Below, in pieces: positions 1 through 6,832 of a stretch of DNA of 15,853 bases. Under the pieces are notes generated by a model. The model had not been told where the DNA came from and searched no databases. It saw only the letters and a program-made list of their open reading frames with translations. The stretch lies in NCBI GenBank assembly GCA_964651205.1, contig CAZYXM010000004.1:1-15853 (forward strand), read 5' to 3'. The position numbers and the translations under genes were made by a program. This stretch comes from Candidatus Woesearchaeota archaeon (GTDB lineage Archaea; Nanobdellota; Nanobdellia; Pacearchaeales; GW2011-AR1). Numbering within the stretch: the first letter of the stretch is position 1; each line of letters opens with the position of its first letter.

Positions 1-142
1 TTTTCAATTCTTCAGAGTGTGTGTCTGCCCATTTTCCAGATAATTTATAGAGTAGTGTTGTCTTGCCGTGGTCGATGTGCCCGACTATTCCGACATTTAT
101 TGTCTCTAATTTTGATATATCTATTTTTTCAGTTTTGTTCAT
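1..142 (-). CDS. eif2g: Translation initiation factor aIF2 gamma subunit, N-terminal fragment (continues beyond the window edge)
   Basis: Reverse-strand translation from the ATG at 142-140 gives [47 protein letters not shown]. The GHxDHGKTTL P-loop followed by W-x-DTHSEEL is the characteristic e/aIF2-gamma N-terminus. It is absent from the ORF track because it runs off the window. The start lies 4 nt after the HD gene stop, which looks like an operon. Confidence 0.85.
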   Translation of the reverse strand, partial: MNKTEKIDISKLETINVGIVGHIDHGKTTLLYKLSGKWADTHSEELK

Positions 143-146
143 TGTA

Positions 147-788
147 TTATTCTTTACCTTCCCATTCGTTAATAAATCTTTTTATAAAATTTTCAACGTA
201 TGCATATCTGCTTTCTGCAATTTCTTTTGCTTTCTTTGTTTTAAATGTTTCGGGTGTAATCTTCAATATCTTCTTGTTAAATCCTTCTATTGTTGACTTC
301 TGCCCCTTATAGTGGTTTTTTATTTTTCTCTTTTCTGGATTGTATAAGGGTATTCCGGCCTTTCCTCCAGAAGAGAACATCCTTGCGATTGTTGTTGCCC
401 CCAGTGCGTCCAATCTGTCTGCATCCTGAAGGATCGCAGATTCTTTTGTCTCTGGTTTTATTCCAGAACTATGTCTGTGTATTTTTATTGCATAAACAAC
501 TGATTCTATTTTTTCTTTAGGAAAGCTTAACTCTTTTAAGATTTCTTCTGCCATCTTTGCCCCTGTTTCAGCATGGCATTCACACTCACCACTATCTTCT
601 TTGATTCTTGCAATATCATGGAGTAAAGCAGCCGCTTTCACAACATCCATGTCTGCTTCTTCTTCATTTGAGATTGTCAGAGCATTTCTATAAACTCTAT
701 CTGTATGATTATGGTCGTGGCTTCCGCCTTCTTCAAAATATTCCTCTGTTCTCTTCCTCAAATCGATAAAAAATTGTTCATCTAACAT
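147..788 (-). CDS. HD-domain metal-dependent phosphohydrolase
   Basis: 213-aa ORF with an ATG start. It has the H-x3-H-x2-RV motif ([13 protein letters not shown]), the LLHDIAR HD dyad, and downstream H and D residues ([17 protein letters not shown]), all typical of the HD superfamily. A TATA-like element sits about 26 nt upstream of the ATG. Confidence 0.8.
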   Translation of the reverse strand: MLDEQFFIDLRKRTEEYFEEGGSHDHNHTDRVYRNALTISNEEEADMDVVKAAALLHDIARIKEDSGECECHAETGAKMAEEILKELSFPKEKIESVVYAIKIHRHSSGIKPETKESAILQDADRLDALGATTIARMFSSGGKAGIPLYNPEKRKIKNHYKGQKSTIEGFNKKILKITPETFKTKKAKEIAESRYAYVENFIKRFINEWEGKE

Positions 789-810
789 ATTTTATAGAAG
801 CTACGCATGG

Positions 811-818
811 TTTTTAAG
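811..818 (-). promoter_or_regulatory. TATA-like box for the HD hydrolase gene
   Basis: The reverse complement is CTTAAAAA, centred about 26 nt upstream of the ATG at 788. Confidence 0.5.
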
Positions 819-823
819 TTTGT

Positions 824-1474
824 CTATGCCTCTTTTTCAGGAACATCATACTCCTCTTCTTGAGGTTTTTCTGTCTGGAAAAATGTAAATCTAATTAAAT
901 TAAAAATTCTCATTGCAAATTCTAAGATAATAATAAAAAGTAAAAAGTAGGGTATTTGTGCAAGTAATGCTGGGATTTCTTCTACCCTTGAAAGAAGGAC
1001 ACTTAATGAGAAAAAGGTTGGGTCTGTGATTGCTAGACCGAGCAAAATGAACGGTAACATCTTGGCTAAATCTTGTGAAAGTTTTTCAGAGACATATGAA
1101 GTTACTCTAACACTTGCGACCAAAGCAGCGGCTATTGTTAAAATCGCAACTAATCCTAAGTTCTTTGCTAAAACCAAAACCAAGACAGATAAAACAACAA
1201 ACCAAAAAACAGTTACAATTGGTAAAACAATAATATATTCAAGAATATAAAAAATAATTGCAGCAAATTTTGCTATGCCTGGGTAGTTTGATTTATTATA
1301 TTTGTTTAGGTTTAATTCAATAATGTTTTTCTTTGCTAGAAATCTATAGAAATAATAAATAAAAACAGAGTAGACAACAATTAGCAAGGTGAAGAAAAGT
1401 AAAAGTGGGAGAAAGCTTTCTGATTTTGCAAGAGACATGCTAAATAGTGACGTCAGATTTTCCACCCCTTCCAT
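824..1474 (-). CDS. Multi-pass integral membrane protein, function unknown
   Basis: 216-aa ORF with an ATG start. It has about 5-6 long hydrophobic segments and an acidic C-terminal tail (QEEEYDVPEKEA). TTTATAAA lies 25 nt upstream of the ATG. I recognise no family. Confidence 0.7.
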   Translation of the reverse strand: MEGVENLTSLFSMSLAKSESFLPLLLFFTLLIVVYSVFIYYFYRFLAKKNIIELNLNKYNKSNYPGIAKFAAIIFYILEYIIVLPIVTVFWFVVLSVLVLVLAKNLGLVAILTIAAALVASVRVTSYVSEKLSQDLAKMLPFILLGLAITDPTFFSLSVLLSRVEEIPALLAQIPYFLLFIIILEFAMRIFNLIRFTFFQTEKPQEEEYDVPEKEA

Positions 1475-1495
1475 GTTTTATCTAGGAATTTGTTA

Positions 1496-1503
1496 TTTAT
1501 AAA
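1496..1503 (-). promoter_or_regulatory. TATA box (TTTATAAA) for the membrane protein gene
   Basis: Centred 25.5 nt upstream of the ATG at 1474. Part of the recurrent CTTTATAAA motif. Confidence 0.55.
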
Positions 1504-1560
1504 GTTTTTATTTGGGCGGTCAGGAGGTTTAAAGCGCCCCCTTTAGTAGCTTTTTAGGTG

Positions 1561-1572
1561 TTTGTCGTCGCC
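1561..1572. repeat. GC-rich 12-mer TTTGTCGTCGCC, left copy of an inverted pair
   Basis: It is the exact reverse complement of 4208-4219. Both copies are intergenic and lie just outside the 3' ends of the divergent Lrp and rSAM genes. Confidence 0.6.
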
Positions 1573-1581
1573 TTTTGTTTC

Positions 1582-1594
1582 TTTTTTCTAAAAA
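1582..1594. terminator. Oligo-T/oligo-A element (T6-CT-A5) downstream of the Lrp gene
   Basis: It reads as a T5 run on the - strand 40 nt after the Lrp stop. Archaeal RNA polymerase terminates at oligo-T tracts. The same T5-7-CTA form recurs at 4173 and 9444. Confidence 0.45.
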
Positions 1595-1633
1595 GGAGAT
1601 AAGTTTTTTGGGTTATGGAAAAGAGACCTGCTT

Positions 1634-2617
1634 TTATTCTGCTTTCATAGGAAAATGGGTATATTTGTGAACATTTGTTAATTGGATTGTATTATATTCT
1701 TTTATTAACTCAGAGTTATTATTCTTTATCTCCCTTAAAATCTTATTAAACTTCTCAGGGTTATCTACTTCAACATCAATTTCTAAATCCCAGATACCAA
1801 ATGTTTTAACAGAATAAACAACATTAGAAAATTGTTTTGCAAAATTTAAAATTTTGTTTTCCTTTTCTTCTTTTGGTCCATTGATTTGGATCATTATTTT
1901 ATACCTAAACTGATTTAATACTTCGTTATCCAAATAGATGGTATAGCCATTTATGATTTTATTTTTTTCAAGATTTTTTAATCTGTATCTCACTGCATCT
2001 AGGGAAAGTTTAATTTTTTCAGATAGATTTAAACTTGAAATTCTACAATTATTTGAAATTTCTTTTAAAATCAATAAATCTTTTTTGTCTAATTTGGGCC
2101 TTGTTGTTTGTTCTCCAAACCCTTTTTCTGAAAAAGAGGTTCTTTTTTCTTTGGACAAAAGATAATCTCTTGAATAAAATTCTCCAGAAATTATGGTTGC
2201 TATTTGTTGTTCTGAAAAAAATTCTCCATATCTGTTTTTTATCTCATTTATTGTTTTTTTCAGTTCAGATATATTTTTAGCCATAACACAAAACATTAAG
2301 TCATATCTCCCTGTACAAGATGCCAAAAAAGGAATGAATTCATGATTTTTTAAGTAATCAATGAGTTCTTTTTCTTTTGTTTCTGTAATATTTTGGAGTC
2401 TTAAAAAAAATCTATAAGGGAAGTATCCGAAAAATCCATAATCAATATTTGTTAAAAAAAACTTTATTATTCTTTTTTTAATAAGGTTGTTAAGACGATA
2501 ATGTGTGGCAGGTTGGCTTAATTTTACTTTTTTGGCTAGTTGAGTTGTTGGAATTCTCGCATTTATATCTAATTCATACAAGATTTTCTTTTCCTTTGAA
2601 TCTAAATTATATGCCAT
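1634..2617 (-). CDS. Fused tandem Lrp/AsnC-family transcriptional regulator (two HTH plus ligand-domain modules in one chain)
   Basis: 327 aa. The AsnC-type HTH signature occurs twice: LDSKEKKILYELDINARIPTTQLAKKVKLSQPATHYRLNNLIKKRII near the N-terminus, and LDKKDLLILKEISNNCRISSLNLSEKIKLSLDAVRYRLKNLEKNKII around aa 176. Each is followed by about 80-100 aa of RAM-domain size. Confidence 0.85.
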   Translation of the reverse strand: MAYNLDSKEKKILYELDINARIPTTQLAKKVKLSQPATHYRLNNLIKKRIIKFFLTNIDYGFFGYFPYRFFLRLQNITETKEKELIDYLKNHEFIPFLASCTGRYDLMFCVMAKNISELKKTINEIKNRYGEFFSEQQIATIISGEFYSRDYLLSKEKRTSFSEKGFGEQTTRPKLDKKDLLILKEISNNCRISSLNLSEKIKLSLDAVRYRLKNLEKNKIINGYTIYLDNEVLNQFRYKIMIQINGPKEEKENKILNFAKQFSNVVYSVKTFGIWDLEIDVEVDNPEKFNKILREIKNNNSELIKEYNTIQLTNVHKYTHFPMKAE

Positions 2618-2640
2618 TATTTTATAATAACATTATTTAG

Positions 2641-2649
2641 TATTTAAAT
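2641..2649 (-). promoter_or_regulatory. TATA-like box for the tandem Lrp gene
   Basis: TATTTAAAT, centred about 28 nt upstream of the ATG at 2617. Confidence 0.45.
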
Positions 2650-2682
2650 CTTGCTGTTTTTATTTAATTTTAGATAAAAAGG

Positions 2683-2692
2683 TTTATATTTA
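2683..2692 (+). promoter_or_regulatory. TATA-like box for the radical SAM gene (implies a 5' UTR of about 28 nt)
   Basis: TTTATATTTA is centred about 54 nt upstream of the ATG at 2741. This is the only gene in the window where the best TATA is not about 25 nt from the ATG. Confidence 0.4.
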
Positions 2693-2710
2693 AGGCATTA
2701 TTAATTTAGA

Positions 2711-2730
2711 AGTAGTAAAACTACTAGGGG
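2711..2730 (+). promoter_or_regulatory. 5' UTR hairpin plus Shine-Dalgarno-like GGGG upstream of the radical SAM gene
   Basis: AGTAGT-AAA-ACTACT forms a perfect 6-bp stem (2711-2725). It is followed directly by AGGGG (2726-2730), 10 nt before the ATG. Confidence 0.4.
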
Positions 2731-2740
2731 AATAAACAAA

Positions 2741-4132
2741 ATGACAAAGATATTTCTAGCGGAACTAAATCCGTTGTCATGGCAAGGTTCATTTGAAATG
2801 GGTGGAAATAGAATGGATCCTATAAGTATTGGTTATGTCTCGAGTTATCTAAGATCAAAGGGATTAGAGACCCAAATCTTTCAGCAAAGAAAGGAAAAAG
2901 ATCAAGAAGTGGTAGAATTAATAAGAAAATCTTCTCCAGATTATTTTGGGATTTCAGCCATGACCTGTTGTGTTAACCATTCTCTTGAAATAGCTAGAGA
3001 ATTAAAAAAAGCACTCCCAAGAGTTAAAACAATCTTTGGAGGATACCATCCAACTGGAATGCCAAAGATATTGGAAGATCCCTCTGTGGATTTTGTTGTT
3101 TTAGGAGAAGGGGAAGAGGTCTGTTCAAATTTAATCTCTGCTGTTGAAGGAAATAATTCTCTAGAAGGGGTTGCCTCAATTGGATTTAAGAAGAATGGAA
3201 GAACGGTTTTTACACCAAGGGCAGAGAGAATTTCAAATTTAGATGCATTACCCTTTCCAGATAGATACAATCTTGATGAATGTAGCCAAGGGGCTCCAAG
3301 GATTCCAATACCAAAAAACCAAAATGCCTTTTCTCAGGTAGCATGGTCACGAGGATGCTTACATAATTGTTCGTTTTGCAATTCTCCTCAAATGTGGGAG
3401 AGGCAAGTTTATTATAGAAGTGCAAAAAACGTCGCAGACGAATTAGAATATTTGCAAACTAAATTTGGAACCAATGCAGTATTTTTTACTGACTTAACAT
3501 TTAATGAAGACCGAGAAAAGGTTATAGAACTATCTGAAGAGATTAGAAAAAGATCTCTTGATCTAAAATGGTCTTGCTCGTGTAGAGTTACGAATGATAA
3601 AGAAATGTTAGAAGCAATGAAACAAGCAGGGTGTGTTAGAATAGGTTTTGGAATTGAAAGTCTAGATGATAGAATTTTAGCCCAAGTAGGAAAAGGAATA
3701 ACCGTCAGACAAGTAAGGGAGTGTATTGAAACTACCAATCAAGTGGGAATAATAACAAGGGGCTATTACATGGTCGGTTATCCAAACCAAACTCAAAGAG
3801 ATATTGATAACTTTAGAGATAGTGTTACAAGTATTCCTTTAGATCAAATAAGAATATCTTTTCTAACGCCATTTCCTGGAACTGCATCATTCAGAAGTTT
3901 ACAAAGAAGGGGGGCAGTAGTAGATAATAATCTTGATCATTATGATTGTGATAGTCATTATGTATTAAAAGGAAAATTAAGTGAATCGGAATTAACAGTT
4001 GTAAGAAGAGAATTATATAAAAAGTTTTATTCTGATTCACACTATAGGGAAAGAATAAAAACTAAATCAAAACGGTTCCCAGAACTAGCCGCTGCTTATA
4101 ATGAACTTTCTGCTCAAGTTTCAAGATTATAA
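2741..4132 (+). CDS. B12-binding-domain radical SAM enzyme (class B-like), substrate unknown
   Basis: 463 aa. The N-terminal Rossmann-like B12-binding region includes FGISAMT...IFGGYHPT...VVLGEGE. It is followed by the canonical radical SAM cluster motif CLHNCSFC (CxxxCxxC), a GFGIES motif, and a TIM-barrel-length C-terminal part. Confidence 0.9.
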   Translation: MTKIFLAELNPLSWQGSFEMGGNRMDPISIGYVSSYLRSKGLETQIFQQRKEKDQEVVELIRKSSPDYFGISAMTCCVNHSLEIARELKKALPRVKTIFGGYHPTGMPKILEDPSVDFVVLGEGEEVCSNLISAVEGNNSLEGVASIGFKKNGRTVFTPRAERISNLDALPFPDRYNLDECSQGAPRIPIPKNQNAFSQVAWSRGCLHNCSFCNSPQMWERQVYYRSAKNVADELEYLQTKFGTNAVFFTDLTFNEDREKVIELSEEIRKRSLDLKWSCSCRVTNDKEMLEAMKQAGCVRIGFGIESLDDRILAQVGKGITVRQVRECIETTNQVGIITRGYYMVGYPNQTQRDIDNFRDSVTSIPLDQIRISFLTPFPGTASFRSLQRRGAVVDNNLDHYDCDSHYVLKGKLSESELTVVRRELYKKFYSDSHYRERIKTKSKRFPELAAAYNELSAQVSRL

Positions 4133-4172
4133 TTGAGGTTTTCAGGGGCGGGAAAAAATTTCTATAAATCTC

Positions 4173-4186
4173 TTTTTCTAAAAAAA
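4173..4186. terminator. Bidirectional oligo-T terminator (T5-CT-A7) between the convergent rSAM and cbf5 genes
   Basis: T5 on the + strand lies 41 nt after the rSAM stop. T7 on the - strand lies about 75 nt after the cbf5 stop. Confidence 0.5.
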
Positions 4187-4207
4187 GACTATTTATCCCT
4201 GAGGGAT

Positions 4208-4219
4208 GGCGACGACAAA
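4208..4219. repeat. GC-rich 12-mer GGCGACGACAAA, right copy of an inverted pair
   Basis: It is the exact reverse complement of 1561-1572. It is preceded by the palindrome ATCCCT-G-AGGGAT (4195-4207). Confidence 0.6.
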
Positions 4220-4261
4220 ACCCGTTTACCAATAATGCTCACGATTAAGGTGAAAAATCTC

Positions 4262-5104
4262 TTAGTTATAAACAAACAAGGGCCTAGCAATCACCTTAGG
4301 ATTCTTCTCTATCTTTTCATAAATGCCCACAAAATTTTTTTTATGAAAAACAGCAAACACTTTTTCTTTTGGCGTTTTTTTAATAGATTCTTTAAACAAA
4401 AACTTTCCAGTCATTAAATGTTTAATAGATTCTTTGTCTGTTTCAACAACAGAAAAGATTTTTTTTATTGCTTCTTCAGCAGGCACAATCATCTTTTCAA
4501 GTTCTTTTGAATTGCCTTTCTTATATTCTTCAATTGCTTTTTCAAAATCATAAAGATTGACAAATTGCTTTTCATTTTCTGAAAAAATCCCCGCCCTAAC
4601 ACGACGTAGCTCAGCCATGTGTGCTCCACCAATCATCTCCCCCAAATCAGAACACAACTTTCTAATATAAGTCCCCCCCTGCACCTCCGCCACGAACAGA
4701 AAATCCTTTCCATCTTGCTCAATCAATTCAAACCTTTTAATTTCCCTCTCCCTAATCTCTCTTTTCACTCTTGACTTTTTCGGAGGAAGCTGTTTTATCT
4801 TTCCAATAAAGTTTTTATTAATAATTTCTTGCAAATCCTTTAGATTTTGTTCTTTGTGGGTATGCAAAATTCCAATATAGGTTTTATCATGCCCTAAAAA
4901 AAATCCAGTTAGTTTACAACCCCTCCCAAGGGCAATAGGCAAGACGCCCGTAACAGCAGGGTCAAGTGTTCCAAAATGAGAAGTTTTTTTCAAATCAAGC
5001 TTTTCCCTCACATAATCAGAAACAGAAAAAGAAGTTGGACCCGCCGGTTTGTCCAGCAGAAGAATTCCAAATGTTTTCAACTTTTCTATTTTATCCATTT
5101 CCAT
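4262..5104 (-). CDS. cbf5: tRNA/rRNA pseudouridine synthase Cbf5 (TruB family) with C-terminal PUA domain
   Basis: 280 aa. LLLDKPAGPTSFSV...HFGTLDPAVTGVLPIALG contains the catalytic Asp motif of the TruB family. GGTYIRKLCSDLG is also conserved. The C-terminal roughly 70 aa are PUA-like. Confidence 0.9.
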   Translation of the reverse strand: MEMDKIEKLKTFGILLLDKPAGPTSFSVSDYVREKLDLKKTSHFGTLDPAVTGVLPIALGRGCKLTGFFLGHDKTYIGILHTHKEQNLKDLQEIINKNFIGKIKQLPPKKSRVKREIREREIKRFELIEQDGKDFLFVAEVQGGTYIRKLCSDLGEMIGGAHMAELRRVRAGIFSENEKQFVNLYDFEKAIEEYKKGNSKELEKMIVPAEEAIKKIFSVVETDKESIKHLMTGKFLFKESIKKTPKEKVFAVFHKKNFVGIYEKIEKNPKVIARPLFVYN

Positions 5105-5105
5105 C

Positions 5106-5486
5106 TTAAGAAATCATTAAGTTCTTTTTACCTTTAATGCTCATTATTTTATTCTCAACTCTTTTTTTCAAGTTTTTATCAAGTGTAGCAAGAATTGTGT
5201 TTGGATTTTTTTTCAGATAATCGACTATTCCATCGTCTACAACCCTTCTCCCCAGTTTAATTTCTTTTGGGTTTATCAATCTGAGTAATTCAAGAGAAAT
5301 TTTTGTAGATTCTTTATCTTCGATTCTTTCTCCTTTTCTCTCTGAAATTTCCTTTAATTCTGCTAGAACTTCAGAGGGAACCGCCCATTCAAAATTTTCT
5401 GTAAATAATTCTGGAGCCAAGCTAAAAAAATCCAACCTTTGTTTTACACAAGTCAAAACGAAGTTTGTGTCTAATAATGTCTCCAT
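5106..5486 (-). CDS. PIN-domain protein, Fcf1/Utp24-like
   Basis: 126 aa. It has an N-terminal LLDTNF acidic motif, an internal DDGIVDY, and a C-terminal ILATLDKNLKKRV resembling the VATxDxxLRRRL end of Fcf1-type PIN proteins. Its stop is 1 nt from the cbf5 ATG, so the two look co-transcribed. Confidence 0.68.
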   Translation of the reverse strand: METLLDTNFVLTCVKQRLDFFSLAPELFTENFEWAVPSEVLAELKEISERKGERIEDKESTKISLELLRLINPKEIKLGRRVVDDGIVDYLKKNPNTILATLDKNLKKRVENKIMSIKGKKNLMIS

Positions 5487-5507
5487 TTTTATTGAAAGAC
5501 AACAACC

Positions 5508-5515
5508 TTTAAATA
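5508..5515. promoter_or_regulatory. Single shared TATA element for the divergent PIN/cbf5 operon and the 5537 gene
   Basis: TTTAAATA lies within CCTTTAAATAG. The intergenic region is only 50 bp. The box centre is 25.5 nt from the ATG at 5486 (- strand) and 25.5 nt from the ATG at 5537 (+ strand). Confidence 0.55.
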
Positions 5516-5536
5516 GATAACTAACCTTTTATAAAA

Positions 5537-6097
5537 ATGCAAGAGGTAGATAATGTTCTGAGGATTTTGAAAGAAGCACAAGAAGCCCTCTTAGCAGGAG
5601 ACTCATATAAACTGAAAAAACTTTCAGACCAAACAATTCACACAGCAACAATAACCCAAGACCCAGATAATGTGGTGGTTTCGGTTTTAATATACAGCCT
5701 AGCAAAAATTACAGAGAGGGAACATTACAAAACAATGGGGGGGTGGGGCTTATTTTATAAAACACTTACATCAAATCTAAAACTCGCAATACAAGACTTG
5801 CAAAAAAATAATTTAGATTCATTTAGACAAAGAGTTGGGGTCATAAGAAACTCAATAAATAAAATATCTAGCAATCTCTCAGACTATATCCGGGATGTAT
5901 TTTATAAGGCAGGCATAAACAAAGCCTTTAAAATTTACGAACACGGTTTAAGTGCAGAAAAAACAGCATCTCTACTTGGTGTTTCTTTATGGGACCTATC
6001 TTCATATATCGGGCAAACATCAATTTCAGAAGCCGCTGCAACAGACTCAATGCCCGTAAAAAAAAGAATTAAAATTGTTGAAGAATTTTTTAGATAG
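5537..6097 (+). CDS. Hypothetical protein with C-terminal UPF0175 (COG2886)-like antitoxin-type helix-turn-helix module
   Basis: 186 aa with an ATG start. The C-terminal AFKIYEHGLSAEKTASLLGVSLWDLSSYIGQTSI fits my memory of the UPF0175 pattern (Y-x-x-G-x-h-S-x-x-K-A-A-x-L-x-G-h-S-x-x-[EDW]-h). The N-terminal roughly 125 aa are helical and unrecognised. Confidence 0.65.
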   Translation: MQEVDNVLRILKEAQEALLAGDSYKLKKLSDQTIHTATITQDPDNVVVSVLIYSLAKITEREHYKTMGGWGLFYKTLTSNLKLAIQDLQKNNLDSFRQRVGVIRNSINKISSNLSDYIRDVFYKAGINKAFKIYEHGLSAEKTASLLGVSLWDLSSYIGQTSISEAAATDSMPVKKRIKIVEEFFR

Positions 6098-6098
6098 C

Positions 6099-6776
6099 AT
6101 GGCAAAAAGATTTCTAATCATGGACTCTGGCCCCCTGATTTCCCTAACTTCTAATGGGCTTTTATACCTTTTAGAAGAATTGAAAAAAACATACAAGAAT
6201 TTGGAAATTGTTATCCCCCCCGCAGTAAAAAGAGAAGCAGTTGATAGGGCACTAACCATAAAAAAATATAAACTTGAGGGGGTGAAGTTAACAGACCTCT
6301 TAAATAGGGGAATTCTTAAAAACGCAACAGAATTTATGCCCCCAAATAAGATTTCTAAGGAAACCGCAAGGATAATGAAGATTGCAAATTCTCTTTTTAG
6401 AATTGGAAAAGAAAAAGTAGAACTTATACAAAAAGGAGAGGCATCTTGCCTAGCTTTTGCGAGATTATGTGGCTGTGAAAATTTGATTGTCATTGACGAG
6501 AGAACAACAAGATTGTTGACAGAAGCGCCCGACAATCTAAAAAAACTTATGGAAAGAAAACTACATACAAGAATTGATTTTAATAAAAAAGAAATCAAGG
6601 AATTTAATAATTTTAGATACATTCGTTCTCCTGAGCTTGTTTTTTGGGCCTTTAAAAAAGATTTGATTGGCATGAAGAAAAACAAACAATTAATTGATGC
6701 CCTGTTGTACAGTCTTAAATCAAAGGGTGCTGCTATTTCTTCTAAAGAAATTGAAGAGATGAAAACCCTAGCCTAA
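6099..6776 (+). CDS. PIN-like nuclease-fold protein, COG2405/DUF3368-like (putative toxin partner)
   Basis: The ORF track starts at a TTG at 6075. I prefer the ATG at 6099, which is 1 nt after the upstream TAG. MAKRFLIMDSGPLISLTSNGLLYLLEEL...IVIPPAVKREAVD, then GEASCLAFARL...LIVIDERTTRLL, matches the D...E...D layout and the characteristic DTSPLI / IP-x-x-V / GEAEAIALA / LIDD motifs of this family. Confidence 0.7.
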   Translation: MAKRFLIMDSGPLISLTSNGLLYLLEELKKTYKNLEIVIPPAVKREAVDRALTIKKYKLEGVKLTDLLNRGILKNATEFMPPNKISKETARIMKIANSLFRIGKEKVELIQKGEASCLAFARLCGCENLIVIDERTTRLLTEAPDNLKKLMERKLHTRIDFNKKEIKEFNNFRYIRSPELVFWAFKKDLIGMKKNKQLIDALLYSLKSKGAAISSKEIEEMKTLA

Positions 6777-6788
6777 TTTTTTTGTTTT
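6777..6788 (+). terminator. Oligo-T tract (T7-G-T4) immediately after the PIN-like gene stop
   Basis: Seen directly in the sequence; it begins right after the TAA at 6774-6776. Confidence 0.45.
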
Positions 6789-6804
6789 CTCGGTTAACAA
6801 ACCT

Positions 6805-6812
6805 TTATAAAC
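6805..6812 (+). promoter_or_regulatory. TATA box (TTTATAAA) for thioredoxin
   Basis: Centred 24.5 nt upstream of the ATG at 6833. The context is AAACCTTTATAAAC. Confidence 0.55.
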
Positions 6813-6832
6813 AAAAATAACAAAAATGAATT

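Noticed and set aside
19-520. + strand ORFs 19..312, 63..296 and 290..520
   Set aside because: They are antisense to the aIF2-gamma N-terminus and the HD hydrolase, both of which carry diagnostic motifs. Some use non-ATG starts, and the products are hydrophobic low-complexity sequences.
2941-3738. Three - strand ORFs (2941..3270, 3210..3425, 3412..3738) within the rSAM gene
   Set aside because: They are antisense to a gene with unambiguous CxxxCxxC and B12-domain motifs, and they have no promoter-like boxes at the expected spacing.
4206-4235. 9-codon mini-ORF (MATTKPVYQ) just downstream of the radical SAM gene, as a possible RiPP precursor
   Set aside because: It is too short, has no usable ribosome-binding spacing, lies after the oligo-T terminator, and its ATG-GCG-ACG-ACA simply coincides with the inverted 12-mer. 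I see no supporting evidence for a peptide.
4133-4417. 94-aa + strand ORF after the rSAM gene
   Set aside because: It starts at a TTG, is largely antisense to the well-supported cbf5 3' end, and runs through the oligo-T terminator. The sequence is low-complexity F/K/L-rich.
6047-6685. 212-aa - strand ORF
   Set aside because: It is antisense to the PIN-like gene, which has clear family motifs. The F/S/L-rich product is typical of the reverse frame of a K/E-rich gene in AT-rich DNA.
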